Assembly: GCA_038231135.1 (NCBI GenBank)
Contig: JBBRLX010000013.1
Span: 31,127 to 95,126 of the forward strand
DNA: 64,000 bases
DNA from: Candidatus Eiseniibacteriota bacterium
Lineage (GTDB): Bacteria; Eisenbacteria; RBG-16-71-46
Direction of reading: 5' to 3'
Shown: piece by piece, positions 37,664 through 47,381 of the stretch
Numbering within the stretch: position 1 is the stretch's first letter
How the letters are laid out: each line of letters begins with the position of its first letter
Program-made: the position numbers and the translations under genes
Notes under the pieces: generated by a model
Databases searched by the model: none
What the model saw: only the letters and a program-made list of their open reading frames with translations
What the model was told of the DNA's origin: nothing

Positions 37664-39673
37664 TCAGTGAGATCCGACCGCCGGGCCGCCGATGCGCTGC
37701 AATCGTTCGAGCTGCTGGTGGACGTAGGTGCGCTGATCATCGCTGTGAGCGAACTCCAGAGCCCGTGTGAACGCAGCGCGCGCCGCCTGGAGCCGCCCGC
37801 CTTTCGCCTGCTCTACGGCGTGATCCGTTTCGAGCCGGAACCCGGCCTCGTCGCGCAACTGTCGCGCGTACGCCAGCTCCTGCTGCAGCGCGTTCGCGTC
37901 CGACGAATCGCGGTGCGCCGTCACGAGGCTGTCGAGCAGACTCTTGGCCCGTTCCGGGCCGCGGTTCCGCAGCAGCGCCGCCGCCTCCGCGAGGCGCATT
38001 CGGGTGCGCGTCTTGAGGATGAAATGCGCCGCTCGGGCCCGCACCTCCGCGTTGTCCGAATTCCTGACCCGCTCGAACAGCGCGAGTGCGGCCGCATAGT
38101 TTTCGGCCGCCAGCTCGCGATTGCCTCGATTCAGCGTGTCGAATTCCTGAGTCTGCGCGTGATCCCGCTGCCACGACTCGAGGCGTTCCACGGGCACTCG
38201 CTCCCGCATTGATTGCAGCAGCGAATCCGCGCTCCGCTCCTGCCCCGAGCGGACCATCAGATCGAGCAGGTCCCACAGCAGGTCGACGCGATCGCCGCGG
38301 GCATGGAATGCGCGCATCAGGGCGGCGATCGCGGGAGGGTCCGGCGGCCCGGAGTCGAGCACATAGCTCTTGCCGTAACCGATCAGCGCTTCGGTGTTGC
38401 TCGGATCGTTCGCGAGGCAGCACGCGAACCGGGTGCGGATGGCGCGGAGCAGGGCCTTCCGGCTCGCATCCTGATAGGGCTTCGCCGTCAGGACCTGGAG
38501 CCGGTGCAAGGCACCGCGACCGCCGAGCAGGCACGATCGTGGGTCCTCGGAGTCCGCGACGTAGGCACGATTGTAGAGGGATTCGGCCGCCGCGGGCTGT
38601 CCCCGCAGCTCGTTCACGTATCCCAGGCCGGCGAGCGCGTGCGTATGGTCGGGCTGGGCCCGCAGCACCGCGCTGTAGAACTCGGCGGCCCGGTCGAGGT
38701 CGGGCTCGCCCGATTCGGTTCGCGCCAGCAGCAGATCGCCCACGTCGGACAGTACGTCTTCACGCGACATGGGATGCGTTTCGACCTGGGCCGCATCGAA
38801 TCCGGACGCGAACCGATACTTCCAGTAGGTGAACTCGCCGCGACCGATATAGTGCCGCAGCTCCGCGAGCAACGCCGGCCAGGTATCGCGCGGGTACACG
38901 GACGCGAACGCGCGCACCGGATCCTCGCCGTGCCGCAGCAGACCGAGATACCGCGTGAACGAATTCGAATCACGCGACGACCGCTCCCACAGGAACGCCA
39001 CGAGCGCGTACGATTCCGAATAGAACGTGGTGCGGTCGTCACCGAGCCGGTACTGGGGAGATTCCTGGCGTATGTCGAACAGCGCCTCGAGACTGTAGAG
39101 CGCATGATCGCCGCACCAGGCGGCGCGGCTCGCGATCGGATGCCCGATCTCGGCCTCCCGGTCGCCGGGCACGAACGTGCTGTAGTACTGGGCGAGCCCC
39201 TCGTCGAGCCACAGCGGCACGTGCTCGAAATTGCGGTGCAGGTAGGCGTGCGTGAACTCGTGGTACATCGTGAGCGGACCGTGCGGGTCCTCGTCGGAAC
39301 GCACGTTCAGCACCAGCGAGCTGCCGCCGCCATCGCTCAGACAGTAACCGGTCAGGCTCTCGACGCCGTGCAACGAGAAGTACTTGAACGTGCCGTCCCC
39401 GTCGAACGCATAGACGCGCATGCGCTCGACGCCGACCGCGGTGAGTTCGGGCTCGATCCGCTGCAGCGTCTCCGACAGCCGCTCGAGCCGGCGCGCGATC
39501 TCGACGGCCTGCATGCGATCGATGTTGCCGAGCACGACGAAGTGATCGGTCTTCACGCGTACCCACGGCTGGTCCACCAGCGGTGACGGGATCGCGGCAT
39601 CGCACCTGCGGGGTGCCAGGCACGCGAGAACGACCAGCAGCACGCGGAATGCTCCCGAGCACCCCCGAGGCAT
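37664..39673 (-). CDS. Secreted DUF1570-like gluzincin domain + TPR repeat protein
   Basis: 'WVRVKTDHFVV', HEFTH..PLWLDEGLAQYY, 'FYSESYALV'; C-terminal TPR-like helices. Confidence 0.75.
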   Translation of the reverse strand: MPRGCSGAFRVLLVVLACLAPRRCDAAIPSPLVDQPWVRVKTDHFVVLGNIDRMQAVEIARRLERLSETLQRIEPELTAVGVERMRVYAFDGDGTFKYFSLHGVESLTGYCLSDGGGSSLVLNVRSDEDPHGPLTMYHEFTHAYLHRNFEHVPLWLDEGLAQYYSTFVPGDREAEIGHPIASRAAWCGDHALYSLEALFDIRQESPQYRLGDDRTTFYSESYALVAFLWERSSRDSNSFTRYLGLLRHGEDPVRAFASVYPRDTWPALLAELRHYIGRGEFTYWKYRFASGFDAAQVETHPMSREDVLSDVGDLLLARTESGEPDLDRAAEFYSAVLRAQPDHTHALAGLGYVNELRGQPAAAESLYNRAYVADSEDPRSCLLGGRGALHRLQVLTAKPYQDASRKALLRAIRTRFACCLANDPSNTEALIGYGKSYVLDSGPPDPPAIAALMRAFHARGDRVDLLWDLLDLMVRSGQERSADSLLQSMRERVPVERLESWQRDHAQTQEFDTLNRGNRELAAENYAAALALFERVRNSDNAEVRARAAHFILKTRTRMRLAEAAALLRNRGPERAKSLLDSLVTAHRDSSDANALQQELAYARQLRDEAGFRLETDHAVEQAKGGRLQAARAAFTRALEFAHSDDQRTYVHQQLERLQRIGGPAVGSH

Positions 39674-39774
39674 CAGCGGACCGGGCTCACCTGTCGCAAC
39701 CTCGTCCCGCGCGCGCCCGCCTCGCGACCCATCGATGCCTCCGCGCCCGCACCCGAACGTCCGGCCCGGGCTCG

Positions 39775-41277
39775 CTACCACCAGCGCGTGATGACGACCT
39801 TCTTGTCGGTGTAGAACTCGATCGAGTCGCGCCCGTGAGCCTTGAGGTCCCCGAAGAAGCTCTGCTTCGAGCCGCCAAACGGGAAAAACGCCATGGGCGC
39901 CGCGACGCCGATGTTCACGCCCAGCATGCTCGGCTCGACGCGATAGCGATATTCGCGTGCCCAGCGGCCGCTGCTCGTGAAGATACTGGTGGCGTTGCCC
40001 AGTTCGTGCGCACGCACGATCTCCACCGCCTCGTCGAAGTCCTTCGCCCGCATGATGCTGAGCACCGGGCCGAAGATCTCCTCCTTGCCGATCGTCATCT
40101 GCGGTGTGACCTCGTCGAAGATCGAGGGGCCGAGATACCAGCCGTTGGGGTGCTTCGGATCCTTGTGATTGCGGCCGTCGAGCACGAGCTTGGCGCCCTC
40201 GGCGATGCCCTTCTCGATGTAGCCGAGCACCTTGTCGCGGTGCTGAGCGGTGATGACGGGTCCCATGGTGACACCGGGGTCGATGCCGTTTCCAACCTTG
40301 ATCTGCTTCGCCTCCTCGATCAGCCGGTCGCGGATCGGGCCGTACGCGTCACCCACCGCGAGCACCACGCTGTTCGCGAGGCAGCGCTCACCGGCGCAGC
40401 CGAAGCAGGATTCGGAGGAGACCCGCGCCGAGCGCGGGATGTCGGCGTCTGGCATCACCACCACGAAGTTCTTGGCGCCGCCCAGCGCCTGCACCCGCTT
40501 GCCGGCCTTGGCGCCCCGCTCGTAGACGTACTTCGCGATCGGCGTCGAGCCCACGAACGACACGCCCGCGATGCCAGGATGATCGAGGATCGCGTCGACC
40601 ACTTCCTTGGCGCCATGGACCAGGTTCACGACGCCCTCGGGGAATCCGGCCTCGTGCAGGATCTCGAACATGATCGCCTGCGACAGCGGCACGCGTTCGC
40701 TCGGCTTCACGATGAATGTGTTGCCGCACGCGATCGCGTGCGGCAGGAACCAGAACGGCACCATCGCCGGGAAATTGAACGGCGTGATCGCCGCGAACAC
40801 GCCGATCGGCTGGCGCACGGTCGTGCAGTCGATGCCGGCCGCGATGTCCTCGAGCGACGTGCCCATCATGCGATCGGGAATGCCGATCGCGAGGTCGACG
40901 TTGTCGATCGCCCGGCGCACGCTGCTCTGCGATTCGCTGAGGGTCTTGCCGTGCTCGAGCGTGCAGGTGCGCGCGATGTCGTCGAACCGCTGCTCGAGCA
41001 GCTCCTTGAGCTTGAACAGCGGCTTGATGCGATTCACCGGCGGCGTGCGCCGCCAGGCCGGGAACGCCTTGGTGGCGGCCTGCACCGCGCGGTCGAGATC
41101 CGCCGCGGTGCCCAGCGGCACGCGCGCGATCACCTCTCCCACCGCCGGGTTGTAGACGTCGCCGAACTGCCTCGAGTCGGATGCGACCCAGCGGCCGCCG
41201 ATGTAGTGTTCGAGCGTGCGGACGGCCGTCGCTGAGTCGCGGCCGTTGATCACCGTGGATTCACGGGGAGTGGTCAT
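39775..41277 (-). CDS. mmsA: CoA-acylating (methyl)malonate-semialdehyde dehydrogenase
   Basis: ITPFNFPAMVP, KPSERVP, SFVGST, QALGGAKN, GCAGERC, EEIFGPV, GVNIGVAAP, FYTDKKVVITRW; GGAGG RBS. Confidence 0.93.
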   Translation of the reverse strand: MTTPRESTVINGRDSATAVRTLEHYIGGRWVASDSRQFGDVYNPAVGEVIARVPLGTAADLDRAVQAATKAFPAWRRTPPVNRIKPLFKLKELLEQRFDDIARTCTLEHGKTLSESQSSVRRAIDNVDLAIGIPDRMMGTSLEDIAAGIDCTTVRQPIGVFAAITPFNFPAMVPFWFLPHAIACGNTFIVKPSERVPLSQAIMFEILHEAGFPEGVVNLVHGAKEVVDAILDHPGIAGVSFVGSTPIAKYVYERGAKAGKRVQALGGAKNFVVVMPDADIPRSARVSSESCFGCAGERCLANSVVLAVGDAYGPIRDRLIEEAKQIKVGNGIDPGVTMGPVITAQHRDKVLGYIEKGIAEGAKLVLDGRNHKDPKHPNGWYLGPSIFDEVTPQMTIGKEEIFGPVLSIMRAKDFDEAVEIVRAHELGNATSIFTSSGRWAREYRYRVEPSMLGVNIGVAAPMAFFPFGGSKQSFFGDLKAHGRDSIEFYTDKKVVITRWW

Positions 41278-41562
41278 GGATCGTACCTCCTGTTGAAGTC
41301 GGGGCCGGCGGGCCGCACGGCGCGAAACGCCGGACCCGGCCAGGCGGGAATGTGCGGTCGATTCGAGACAGCATACACCGGCGGCGGGGATTGCGCCGGG
41401 GGATGCCGGACCCGCCCCCGCCCTCCTCCGGGTCACCTCTCCCGGGGGAACCCGGCCGGTGCCGCAAAGCTCCTGCTGGCAGCCAGCTACGCGGCCGAAC
41501 GGCGTCGATCCTCGATGGCGTCGTGAGGTACACTGCCGGGGAACCGTCACAGGAGGCCCGCC

Positions 41563-43185
41563 ATGGGCGAGACCCGAGTCGATCTTCACCACCTGCTCGA
41601 AGACCTTCGCGACGCCTATCCCGGCTCGCTCGAAGAGACCATCCTCACCGAAATCGTGGCGAATTCACTGGATTCCGGCGCCACTTCGATCGCCATACAA
41701 TGCGATACGGCGGTCGCGACGTTCCTTGCCGTGGACGACGGCTCGGGGATGCAGCGGCGGGACCTGGCGCGCTATCACGACATCGCGTCGAGCTCCAAGA
41801 CACGCGGCCAGGGCATCGGGTTCGCCGGCGTCGGGATCAAGCTCGGCCTGCTGCTGTGCGACCACGTTGTGACGGAGAGCCGGCGAGGCAAGACACACGT
41901 CGCGAGCCGCTGGCACCTCGCGTCGCGCCACAAGGCGCCGTGGCGCTGGGAGCCCCCCACCGGCAGGGTCGCCCGCCAGGGCACGGCCGTCGAACTCAAA
42001 CTCACGAATCCGCTGTCGCCGCTACTGGACGCTGGATTCGTGGAAGGGTCGCTGCGCCGCCACTTCGAAGCGCTGCTCGATCCGTCGTTCGACGAACTGC
42101 TGGAATCCGCATACCCGCACCGGGTTCGATTCGAAGTCAACGGTCAGCCGTTGCGGGCCGAACCCGCGGACGCCGGCCTGCGCGCTCCCATCGAGGTCCG
42201 GCTGCCGCGCAAGCGCAAGGCCGCCGCGGCCGGGTACCTGCTTCGGGACGTGACTCCGTTGCCCGAAGATCGCCGCGGCCTCGCAATCTGCACATTGGGC
42301 AAGACCATCAAGCGCGGCTGGGACTGGCTGGGCGTCACGCCGGCGACTCCGGATCGCATCGGCGGATTGATCGAAGTGCCGGCACTGGCGGAATGCCTCA
42401 CGCTGAACAAGGCGGACTTCATCCGCTCCGGTGCACGCGGTGCCATGTATCTCATGTATCGCAAGGCCATCCAGGAATCGGTCGTCCGCCAGTTGACAGA
42501 ATGGGGCGACCATCGTGACCCGCACGCCGACACGCGCCGGCGTGCCGGTCGTCCGGTCGAACGCGATCTGGAACGCGTGCTCGTCGATCTGGCGGACGAA
42601 TTCCCGCTACTCGCGACCCTGGTGGAGCGGCGTGAAGGCGGGCAGCGCCGGCTGGCGATCGGCTCCGGCAGCGTGCAGGACGGACAAGCGTTCGTAGCGC
42701 GGTCGGTCACGATGGGCATCGATGCGGTCCCGGAATTCTCCGCCACCCCGCTCGCCGACGGCGCGACCGGGGCGTCTGTGCCGGCTGGCGTCGGCGCCGT
42801 GACCCTCGACGCGACCGAAGCGGAACCGGGCCTGCCGGAATCCGCGCGCGAGCTGGCCACGGCACCCGATCCACGGCAGACGCGAACGCTGCTGGGGGCC
42901 GGCGGCCCCAGGAAACCCGCCCGCTACGGCCTGCAGATCCAGTTTCACGAGCAGGCAGATGATCCCGAACTGGCTCGGCTCGTGGAGTCCACGGTCTGGG
43001 TGAACGAGGCGCATCCGGCCTTCCGGCGCGCGGCTGCATCACGCTCCGAGGGCTACCACGTCGCGTTGAGCGTCGCGATGGCGCTGGCGCCGCTGGCGGT
43101 CGAGCCGCATCGCGAGCGCAGCTTCATCAGCTCGTTCCTCGAACTGTGGGGCGGGTCCATCGTGCCGGCGAAGACGCGGCGATGA
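41563..43185 (+). CDS. GHKL (HATPase_c, MORC/MutL-like) ATPase
   Basis: N-box EIVANSLD, G1 DDGSGM, G2 GIGFAGVGIK, G3 GTAV; S5-like segment; C-terminal 'VWVNEAHPAF'; AGGAGG RBS. Confidence 0.8.
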   Translation: MGETRVDLHHLLEDLRDAYPGSLEETILTEIVANSLDSGATSIAIQCDTAVATFLAVDDGSGMQRRDLARYHDIASSSKTRGQGIGFAGVGIKLGLLLCDHVVTESRRGKTHVASRWHLASRHKAPWRWEPPTGRVARQGTAVELKLTNPLSPLLDAGFVEGSLRRHFEALLDPSFDELLESAYPHRVRFEVNGQPLRAEPADAGLRAPIEVRLPRKRKAAAAGYLLRDVTPLPEDRRGLAICTLGKTIKRGWDWLGVTPATPDRIGGLIEVPALAECLTLNKADFIRSGARGAMYLMYRKAIQESVVRQLTEWGDHRDPHADTRRRAGRPVERDLERVLVDLADEFPLLATLVERREGGQRRLAIGSGSVQDGQAFVARSVTMGIDAVPEFSATPLADGATGASVPAGVGAVTLDATEAEPGLPESARELATAPDPRQTRTLLGAGGPRKPARYGLQIQFHEQADDPELARLVESTVWVNEAHPAFRRAAASRSEGYHVALSVAMALAPLAVEPHRERSFISSFLELWGGSIVPAKTRR

Positions 43186-43206
43186 CGGGTCGCTGACAGG
43201 CACCTC

Positions 43207-43470
43207 ATGAGCTTCCCCGCCGACACCGACCGCGACGCCCTGCAGGCGCAGTTCGCGGCCCTGCGCCTGCTGTCCCCCGCGCGGCGGCTCCAGTTGATGG
43301 ACGATCTCACCCGCGCGGCACGGGAGTGGACGCTGGCCGGCATCCGGCGCCGCAATCCGGGCGCATCCGATGAGGACGTCGAGCGCATGTTCTTCGAACT
43401 CGCGCTCGGCAGGGACCTCGCGGAGCGCGTGCTGGAACACCGGCGCTCGCGGCTAACGGACCCCTCGTGA
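43207..43470 (+). CDS. Small helical protein, probable antitoxin-like partner of the downstream nucleotidyltransferase
   Basis: 87 aa 'DTDRDA..LSPARRLQLMDDL..AGIRRRNPGAS'; GTGA-coupled to the NTase. Confidence 0.7.
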   Translation: MSFPADTDRDALQAQFAALRLLSPARRLQLMDDLTRAAREWTLAGIRRRNPGASDEDVERMFFELALGRDLAERVLEHRRSRLTDPS

Positions 43471-44045
43471 CGCTGCCCGGCGAATTCGCCGCCCACATCG
43501 CGGCGCTGCTGGAATCCCTGGGGATCCCGTATCAGGTGGGCGGATCGTTCGCGAGCTCGGCGCACGGAATGTACCGGGCCTCGGCCGACATCGATATCGT
43601 GATAGATCCGCGGGCGGATCAGCTCGAGGCGCTGCTGGCGGCGCTCGATCCGGACTTCTATGTGAGCCGCGCCGCGGCTCGGGAAGCCGCCGAGCATCGC
43701 AGCACATTCAATGCGATTCACACCGCGACATCCTTCAAGATCGACTTCTTCCTGCGCGGCAGCCAGCCGTTCGACATCGAGGAGCTGCGACGTTCCATCC
43801 CGCAATTGCCGGACCCCGATTCGCGGCGGACGATCATGATCAAGAGCGCCGAAGACACCGTGCTTCGCAAGCTGGAATGGTATCGGCGGGGCGGCGAAGC
43901 GTCGGATCGGCAGTGGCGGGATGTCCTGGAAGTGCTCGCCGCCACGCGGGGGCACCTCGACCCGCACTATCTGGATCGCTGGGCGGCCGAACTGGACGTG
44001 GCGGATCTGCTTGCGCGCGCCCGGCGCGAAGTCGACGGTCTCTAA
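43467..44045 (+). CDS. Pol-beta-superfamily nucleotidyltransferase (DUF6036/AbiEii-like)
   Basis: 'YQVGGSFASSAHG..R.SADIDIV' (GS..DxD), 'KIDFF', 'SAEDTVLRKLEW..RQWRDV'. Confidence 0.8.
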   Translation: MTLPGEFAAHIAALLESLGIPYQVGGSFASSAHGMYRASADIDIVIDPRADQLEALLAALDPDFYVSRAAAREAAEHRSTFNAIHTATSFKIDFFLRGSQPFDIEELRRSIPQLPDPDSRRTIMIKSAEDTVLRKLEWYRRGGEASDRQWRDVLEVLAATRGHLDPHYLDRWAAELDVADLLARARREVDGL

Positions 44046-44063
44046 CCGGCGGCGCGTGCCGGC

Positions 44064-44714
44064 TCAGGCTCGGCGGCGCCCCCGGCGGATCGCGCCATTC
44101 CGGTCCGGGTTGATCGCCACCGGCTCGGGCGCCGCCGCGTTCGCCCCCCACGCGCCGCGCTTCACGTCGCGGATCACGAGCGCCATGTGGTTCCAGGCGA
44201 ACCGGTCGCGCCCGCGCCGGAGCCGCGCCAACGGCACCCACTCCACGCTGGCGGCGTCGTCCGCGGCGCGCGGGACGCCGCGGCGCCAGAGCGCGACGTA
44301 GTAGAAATTCATGGTGGGGAAATACCCGAAGCCCTCGAGGAAGTACCGGTCCCAGTAGAATCCGAGCCACTCCATGCGTCCGACCGTCAGGCCGGTCTCC
44401 TCGCGCAACTCGCGGCGTGCCGCCGCTTCGATCGACTCGCCGGCATCGATGAATCCGCCCGGCGTGTCGAGCCAGCCGCGCTTCGGCGCGTCCGCGCGGC
44501 GCAGCACCAGCAACTCGTCGCCACGCAGCACGATGATGCCGGCGCACGGCCGCGGATAGTCGTAGATGCGATAGCGGCACACCGGGCAGCGCAGCCGGTC
44601 GGGGCGCCCGGCTTCGCGCGTGATGAGCGTGCCGCACCGCACGCACGGGAATCGCGGCGGTCCCGAACGCTTCCCGGTTCGCGGCCGCGCCGCCGCGGGG
44701 TTCCGGCCGCTCAC
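44064..44714 (-). CDS. NUDIX hydrolase with N-terminal zinc ribbon
   Basis: CVRCG..CPVC; Nudix box PGGFIDAGESIEAAARRELREETGL; GTGA-coupled start. Confidence 0.9.
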   Translation of the reverse strand: MSGRNPAAARPRTGKRSGPPRFPCVRCGTLITREAGRPDRLRCPVCRYRIYDYPRPCAGIIVLRGDELLVLRRADAPKRGWLDTPGGFIDAGESIEAAARRELREETGLTVGRMEWLGFYWDRYFLEGFGYFPTMNFYYVALWRRGVPRAADDAASVEWVPLARLRRGRDRFAWNHMALVIRDVKRGAWGANAAAPEPVAINPDRNGAIRRGRRRA

Positions 44715-45538
44715 TCGGTGCTCACCGTCACCACCGCCGGCAGCGGCACGAGCGTGGGGCTCGGTTCGTTCTGCGTCGTGCGCGGGTCGAGATGGACGAA
44801 GCTCGCGTAGCGGAATCCGGCGGAACTCACGAGCAACTGGGCTTCGCTGCCGCCGTCCATCGACATCGCGTGCGTCAGGTGGAACGGCGAGCTGCGCAGC
44901 AGTTGCGCGATGTCGTAGAGCGTGTAGCTGCCCTCGGTCGCCACCACCACCAGGTTCCCGTCGCGATCCTGCGCGACGATCGTGCGTGGCGCGATCTGGC
45001 TCGAGCGCTTGACCCGCACGTTGCCGGCGGCGTCGAACAGCATGAACGACTGCGCCACCTCCTGCCATTCCGGCTTCGCGGGGTCCACGGGATGCCGGGC
45101 CAGGTCCAGCACCTGCGCGCCGTCGCCGCCGTTCACCCGCCGGGCGACCAGCGCCGCCTGGTACGTGGGATGCGGATGGCTCGAGATCACCTCGCCGCCG
45201 CACACCAGGAGGCCCATGTAGGACCAGTCCGGGTAGTACTGGCCGGCATTGAACACCGCGAGGGCATGGGTGCGGCGCTGCCATTCGAAGATGTCCAGCG
45301 GCCGGTCGCCCTCGCGGGAGAAGTGCCGGATCCGCACTCGCGCCCTGGCGGGATCGAGTCGCAGCACCGCGATGTCGCTCGATCCCTGCCGGCAATACGG
45401 CTCCCCGTGGATGCTCGTGAACTCGACGCCGCGCGCGACGCCCCGGAACCGCGGCGCTCCGGTGCCGCGCGCCACCACGATCGCGCCCACCACGACGGCG
45501 AGCAGCGCCGCGATCCGGCCGATCGGCGGGTTCGTCAC
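44711..45538 (-). CDS. Phosphodiester glycosidase (NAGPA-like) family protein
   Basis: Signal/TM; 'FNAGQY', 'PRTIVAQDRDG', 'AMSMDGGSEAQL'. Confidence 0.8.
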   Translation of the reverse strand: MTNPPIGRIAALLAVVVGAIVVARGTGAPRFRGVARGVEFTSIHGEPYCRQGSSDIAVLRLDPARARVRIRHFSREGDRPLDIFEWQRRTHALAVFNAGQYYPDWSYMGLLVCGGEVISSHPHPTYQAALVARRVNGGDGAQVLDLARHPVDPAKPEWQEVAQSFMLFDAAGNVRVKRSSQIAPRTIVAQDRDGNLVVVATEGSYTLYDIAQLLRSSPFHLTHAMSMDGGSEAQLLVSSAGFRYASFVHLDPRTTQNEPSPTLVPLPAVVTVSTE

Positions 45539-45539
45539 C

Positions 45540-46619
45540 TCAGGCCCGCTCGTGACGCCGCAGCGCGTCCCGCACCAGCAGCAGTTCGCTCACGTTCTCG
45601 AGCGTGATCATGCCGATCATGAGGCCACGGTGCAGCACCGGCATGGCGGCGCGGCCGCCGGACCGCATGCGCTGCATCGCGACCTCGAGCGGCTCCCCGG
45701 CGTCGATCGCGTCGCCGGTGCGCTCCACCACGTCTCCGACCGCGGCAGCGGCGCCATGCGTCTGCAGGCCCCGCACCAGGTCGGCGCGTGTGAGCACTCC
45801 CACGGGCCGGCCGCCGTCGATCACGGGGAAGTCCTGCTGGCTGCCGGCCATCAGGTAGTCCACGGCGCGCTGCAGCGGCTCGCGCGCGTCGAGCGTCCGG
45901 AACTCGGTGATCATCGCGGCTCGGACCGGCAGGCCGCCGAGCGACGAGCGCGTGTCGACGAGTGCGCGTTCCTCGGCGGCGGCCATGAACACGAACAGCG
46001 CGACGAACGCGAGCATCGGGTTGTGGAGCAGGAACAACCCGAGCACGCCGATCAGCAACGCGAATCCCTGACCGATGCCGGAGGCGATGCGCGTGGCGCG
46101 CGCGTAGGGCAGGCGCATGGCGAGCAGGGCGCGGAGCACGCGCCCGCCGTCCATCGGGAACGCCGGGACCATGTTGAACAGCACCATCACCGTGTTCACC
46201 AGCAGCAGCATCGGCAGCGTGCCGATGTCGCGCACCGAACCCACGTCCTCGTACCGCACGCCCAGCAGCAGCAGGATGCCGAGGATCGCGACGTTCACCG
46301 CGGGGCCCGCGAGCGCCACGACCAGCTCCTCCGACGGCTTGTCGGGCATGCGCGCCAGACGGGCGACGCCGCCGATCGGCAGCAGGATGATGTCGCGGGT
46401 GCTGATGCCGTAGCGCCGCGCCGCGAACGCGTGTCCGAGCTCGTGGAGCACGACGCAGGCGAAGATCAGCAGGATGCCGGCCACGGCCGCAAGCGCCTCG
46501 GAGGGGCGGCCGGTGGTGAGGCCGCTCGAGAGCGCGATCCACCCGAGGAAGATCAGGAACGTGACGTGCAGCTCGACCCGGATGCCCGCGATCGTGCCGA
46601 TCTTGAACGACCAGCGCAT
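45540..46619 (-). CDS. Site-2 protease (M50) with tandem CBS domains
   Basis: HELGH, 'LAGPAVN', FNMVPAFPMDGGR; two CBS repeats. Confidence 0.93.
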   Translation of the reverse strand: MRWSFKIGTIAGIRVELHVTFLIFLGWIALSSGLTTGRPSEALAAVAGILLIFACVVLHELGHAFAARRYGISTRDIILLPIGGVARLARMPDKPSEELVVALAGPAVNVAILGILLLLGVRYEDVGSVRDIGTLPMLLLVNTVMVLFNMVPAFPMDGGRVLRALLAMRLPYARATRIASGIGQGFALLIGVLGLFLLHNPMLAFVALFVFMAAAEERALVDTRSSLGGLPVRAAMITEFRTLDAREPLQRAVDYLMAGSQQDFPVIDGGRPVGVLTRADLVRGLQTHGAAAAVGDVVERTGDAIDAGEPLEVAMQRMRSGGRAAMPVLHRGLMIGMITLENVSELLLVRDALRRHERA

Positions 46620-46752
46620 GGCAGCGAGTCTCCCATACCGGTGGGAGCCGTGAAAACGCCGCCGCGGCCGGGGCTGCGGACAACGCGGCGCCGCGAATAC
46701 GGACGACCCATGCCTTGCGCCCCACGCCGCGAACTACGGCGCGCGTCTCGAG

Positions 46753-47211
46753 CTACGCGGCGCGCTCGTCCTCACCGCCCTCGAGGAACGCCGACAGCGC
46801 CTCGAGATCCTGGCGGGCCGCCGAATAGCCGGGGTTGATCCACAGCGCATGGCACAGCAGTCGGAACGCGAGCTCCACGCGTCCGATCTCGAAGCTCGCC
46901 GACGACAGCATGTAGTGGAGCGTGGGATCGTGGGGGGCGAACGACAGGCCGCGCAGCGCGCGCACCACGGCTTCGCGCTCACCGCCGCGCTCGAGTGCGA
47001 CCTGCGCCGCGCGCGCCATGGCGTGACCGGCTTCGGCGTCGGGCATCGGGTCGAGCCCGGGGATGAACAGCTCGAGGTCCTCGAGGAGGTGCCGGATGGT
47101 CTGTTCGACGCCGGGATCGAGCGGACACGCCTTCGATTCGCTCACCTCGTCGGCCAGGTCACGGAACGCGCAGCAGATGTCACCGATCGATGGATGCCAT
47201 GGTTCCGACAC
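46753..47211 (-). CDS. Small TPR-like hypothetical protein
   Basis: Helical repeat 'AVVRALRGLSFAPHDP..LCHALWINPGY'; GGGAGG RBS upstream. Confidence 0.65.
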   Translation of the reverse strand: MSEPWHPSIGDICCAFRDLADEVSESKACPLDPGVEQTIRHLLEDLELFIPGLDPMPDAEAGHAMARAAQVALERGGEREAVVRALRGLSFAPHDPTLHYMLSSASFEIGRVELAFRLLCHALWINPGYSAARQDLEALSAFLEGGEDERAA

Positions 47212-47259
47212 GGATCACGCCCTCCCTTGCCGCGGGCAATATGCCCGCCGTCAAAGGTT

Positions 47260-47286
47260 TTATCGGCGCGCGCCCGGGCTTCCTGA
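47260..47286 (-). promoter_or_regulatory. Sigma28 (FliA/WhiG)-type promoter
   Basis: Minus strand reads TCAG-N15-GCCGATAA: exact consensus -10 and canonical spacing, ~50 bp upstream of the 47211 start. Confidence 0.55.
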
Positions 47287-47381
47287 AGAATTGAAAGTAC
47301 CGGGGTGGGACCCGCGATTCATACGGCGGAAACGGCTCACCGGCACGGGCTGGAACCGGGGTTGCACGCGTTGCGGCCGCG

